The translations under genes and the position numbers were made by a program. Source: a virus (Duplodnaviria; Caudoviricetes). Taken from it: DNA of 26,963 bases. The notes below the pieces were generated by a model. It was not told the origin of the DNA. It did not search any database and was given only the letters and a program-made list of their open reading frames with translations. Location of the stretch: the IMG/VR virus record IMGVR_UViG_3300020045_015196, positions 1 through 26,963 of that record, one strand, 5' to 3'. Positions within the stretch are counted from its first letter, which is position 1. Every line of letters begins with the position of its first letter. Shown here one piece after another: positions 25,767 to 26,963 of the stretch.

Positions 25767-26247
25767 AACACGCATCATATCTTTTACCAACATAATCTTC
25801 ACCTAATTCTAATGTATAGTGTATAATTTTATAACCTAATGCTAGAGCAAATGCACCAATAGCTACTAATGCCCAAGATTTACCACCACCCGGACCTCCA
25901 TAAATTAACCCATAATCACCACCACCTAAACCACCTTGTAAAAGGGAGTTTATTATATGCCAAGGTGTTGGGACAGGGCTTCTACTATTTTCAAGATATC
26001 TTTTTTCTATATCTTTAGTATACTCATGTCCAATTTCTTTATTTTGACCTGCTTTTAATGCTCCTTCAATTTTATGTCTAATTTCTTCATATTGACCTGT
26101 ATTTAATAGGTCTACTGAATCTAATAATGCTTGTTTTAATTTTTGATTAATACAAAATTCACTAAATTCTTTTTCAACATATTCTTTATCCTCATTAATA
26201 ATCGTAAAGATTGATTTTAGTTGTTCAGTAATAGCAACTTGGAGAAG
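25744..26247 (-). CDS. dnaB: Inverted internal fragment of a DnaB/T4 gp41-type replicative helicase (168 codons, no start; missed by ORF track)
   Basis: Minus strand reads LLQVAITEQL...FCINQKLK...IGHEY...VPTPWHIINSLLQGGLGGGDYGLIYGGPGGGKSW (Walker A)...HYTLELGEDYVGKRYDACFTKISVSD. Confidence 0.9.
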
Positions 26248-26660
26248 CAGATGATATTCATTATGGTATTAAAGGTTTAGCTAAAGAATTAAATAAACCT
26301 ATTTGGTCGGTATCTCAGGTAAATAGAGCTGGTGCTAAAGATGAAGTAGTTGAGGGAGATAAAACCTCTGGAAGCTACACTAAACAAGCAATTGTTGATT
26401 TTGGTATGTCTTTATCTAGACTTAAAAAAGATAAAACATCTGGAAAAGGAAGAGGACATATTCAAAAGAATAGATATGGTCCTGACGGAATGACATATAA
26501 TATGAATATAGATACATCTTATGGTGGTTTTGAATTCTTGGATGAATATGATGATAGTGAAGATTATAAAACACCTCAAAAATCAAAAAATCCAAACGAA
26601 GTAAAAAAAGAAGAAAAGGAATTACTACTTTCCAAATTCAAAGCTTTTAGTATAGAATAA
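26244..26660 (+). CDS. dnaB: C-terminal fragment of the DnaB-type helicase
   Basis: EADDIHYGIKGLAKELNKPIWSVSQVNRAG...D...SLSR...IQKNRYGPDG (DnaB H3/H4 motifs and KNR.G arginine finger). Extends the ORF-track ORF 26406-26660 upstream. Confidence 0.9.
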   Translation, partial: EADDIHYGIKGLAKELNKPIWSVSQVNRAGAKDEVVEGDKTSGSYTKQAIVDFGMSLSRLKKDKTSGKGRGHIQKNRYGPDGMTYNMNIDTSYGGFEFLDEYDDSEDYKTPQKSKNPNEVKKEEKELLLSKFKAFSIE

Positions 26661-26757
26661 TATTTATTACTACAACTAAAGAAAATATGAATCAAAGTAG
26701 AATTAATGAAATAGAGGTTTATGATGAAGAAATTATTAAAAAAGAAATAAATTAAAT

Positions 26758-26850
26758 ATGAAGAATGACGGTAAAGAATTTGTAAGTCAATTAAAACTTT
26801 ATACAGATTATCTTAAATTCGATGAGAGCTTAGGGAGATATGAAACTTGG
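26758..26850 (+). CDS. N-terminal fragment of a probable ribonucleotide reductase large subunit, broken by an inversion junction
   Basis: MKNDGKEFVSQLKLYTDYLKFDESLGRYETW resembles the RNR N-terminal 'Y.......R.ETW' motif. After 26850 the sequence is antisense helicase. Confidence 0.5.
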
Positions 26851-26963
26851 GGATATTCTTTAATAATAAGATTATTTTCGAATCCTTTAATTTTTTCTAA
26901 AATAGCATCTTTATGGTCTCCAACATCACTTACAGAAATTTTGGTAAAACACGCATCATATCT
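26849..26963 (-). CDS. dnaB: Second inverted helicase fragment
   Basis: Minus strand reads RYDACFTKISVSDVGDHKDAILEKIKGFENNLIIKEYP, overlapping and extending the 25744-26247 fragment. Confidence 0.85.

Larger units (their letters stand above)
25744..26963 (+). repeat. 39-bp exact direct repeat (25744-25782 and 26925-26963, running to the window end)
   Basis: ATCACTTACAGAAATTTTGGTAAAACACGCATCATATCT occurs twice. Confidence 0.95.

Noticed and set aside
25744-26247. Programmed invertible segment (shufflon/phase variation)
   Set aside because: No flanking inverted repeats or invertase are visible, sequence is lost at the junctions, and essential replication genes are broken.
26687-26755. 22-aa ORF MNQSRINEIEVYDEEIIKKEIN as a fourth leader-family member
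   Set aside because: Only INEIEV resembles the leader and the RLQQLAG core is absent. It is too short to support, although an ATATTTATT motif lies upstream at 26660.
25744-26963. 39-bp direct repeat as att site, terminal repeat or CRISPR repeat
   Set aside because: It is helicase coding sequence (RYDACFTKISVSD on the minus strand) duplicated by the rearrangement. There are only two copies, with no spacers and no integrase.
1-26963. tRNA, rRNA, CRISPR array, intron or intein
   Set aside because: Intergenic gaps are short and AT-rich with only terminator-like hairpins. No cloverleaf, repeat-spacer array or intein/homing endonuclease motifs were seen by eye.

Overview
AT-rich (roughly 28-30% GC by eye) segment of a large contractile-tailed (myovirus-type) phage genome, with almost all genes on the + strand. 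The host is probably a Bacteroidota species: there are no Shine-Dalgarno sequences, leaders are A-rich, and TTTG-N19/20-TATATTT(G/A) promoters are present. Bases 1-20.5 kb are a tail module: tail-completion gene fragment, two paralogous fibre-like proteins, a PKD + DUF285/BspA-like repeat protein, sheath, tube, a frameshifting chaperone pair, tape measure, baseplate proteins, and a hub protein with a C-terminal lysozyme. Bases 20.5-27 kb are a replication module: a short divergent PolA, small ORFs, gp32-like SSB, RecA/UvsX, DnaB-type helicase and a possible ribonucleotide reductase start. The best candidates for new biology are three. (1) Three dispersed small genes share a protein-level N-terminal leader EI(K/E)RLQQLAG(I/L)xxEIK fused to unrelated acidic C-termini, a possible capsid-targeting/propeptide cargo system; one copy has an in-frame TAA. 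(2) A +1/-2 (not -1) frameshift site lies in the tail chaperone gene. (3) An ATATTTAT(A) late-promoter-like motif is repeatedly coupled to terminators. Both ends of the window contain inversion junctions that break essential genes, most likely amplification or assembly chimeras. Family assignments come from motif recognition and gene order, not from database searches.
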